IMG/VR virus record: IMGVR_UViG_637000339_000002
Strand: one strand, 5' to 3'
Source of the DNA: a virus
Lineage: Duplodnaviria > Caudoviricetes
DNA: 64,000 bases
The notes beneath the pieces were generated by a model. The model did not search any database, was not told the origin of the DNA, and saw only the letters and a list, made by a program, of their open reading frames with translations. Both the position numbers and the translations under genes were made by a program. How positions within the stretch are numbered: the first letter of the stretch is position 1; the number at the start of each line of letters is the position of its first letter. This document shows, piece by piece, positions 63,681 through 64,000 of the stretch.

Positions 63681-64000
63681 TGAAAGATAGTGAGTACCTT
63701 AAATCTATTAGGGTTTCCCCCTGTGAAAGGTTTCACCAATTGTCAGAAAATCCTTTGTACAAAAATAGATTTATTAGAGTTGATAAATTTCACGAGCCTG
63801 GCCTTGCACCAGTTTATGATGAGACAGGCGCTTATCACATCGATGCAATGGGAGAAGCAATTTATCGCGACAGATTTTTAAAAACTTTTGGATTTTACTG
63901 CAATAGAGCAGCCGTAGAAGATGACACAGGGTATTACCATATTGATCCATCTGGATGTAGAGTATACAAACATTCGTATCAATGGATTGGAAATTACCAA
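63680..64000 (+). CDS. WG-repeat-like protein (partial; runs off the window)
   Basis: Open frame from ATG 63680, which overlaps the upstream stop. Repeated YHIDxxGxxxY...A.V.DxxG units. Confidence 0.65.
   Translation, partial: MKDSEYLKSIRVSPCERFHQLSENPLYKNRFIRVDKFHEPGLAPVYDETGAYHIDAMGEAIYRDRFLKTFGFYCNRAAVEDDTGYYHIDPSGCRVYKHSYQWIGNYQ

Noticed and set aside
63690-63881. 63-aa ORF in the track
   Set aside because: The real frame starts at 63680 and runs off the window.

Overview
AT-rich Wolbachia-type (Rickettsiales) window. About 1-14 kb is core chromosome: secA, transaldolase, folD, ubiX, GapR-like DUF2312, CorC/HlyC, argD and nuoD. It is interspersed with MITEs and palindromic repeats, a degraded IS3, an ISWpi1-like IS5 end and a remnant phage recombinase. 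About 14.3-16.3 kb is a stack of nested mobile debris ending in an intact IS4. About 16.3-49.4 kb is a decaying phage WO prophage: a truncated wmk-like regulator, patatin, ankyrins, a P2-like tail module, a replication module with an ECF-like sigma factor, a methylase, a lambda-like terminase/portal/head module and two RelE-type TA morons. A group II intron cuts the head-tail operon. After it come a second primase-helicase, a SWIM-SNF2 helicase and the start of a sugar-modification (Undecim-like) cluster. From memory the gene order resembles the wMel WOMelB locus; this is not verified. The most notable unannotated signal is a conserved ~35-bp bipartite motif (TTGCGGACGAATT-N6/7-TCAYCGTACATATATA) placed in sense orientation upstream of the three main phage operons, a candidate promoter for the phage-encoded sigma factor. 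Other signals: a lambda cosQ-like site, two homologous origin-like regions, a gpE/E' -1 frameshift, and one promoter shared by both TA morons.
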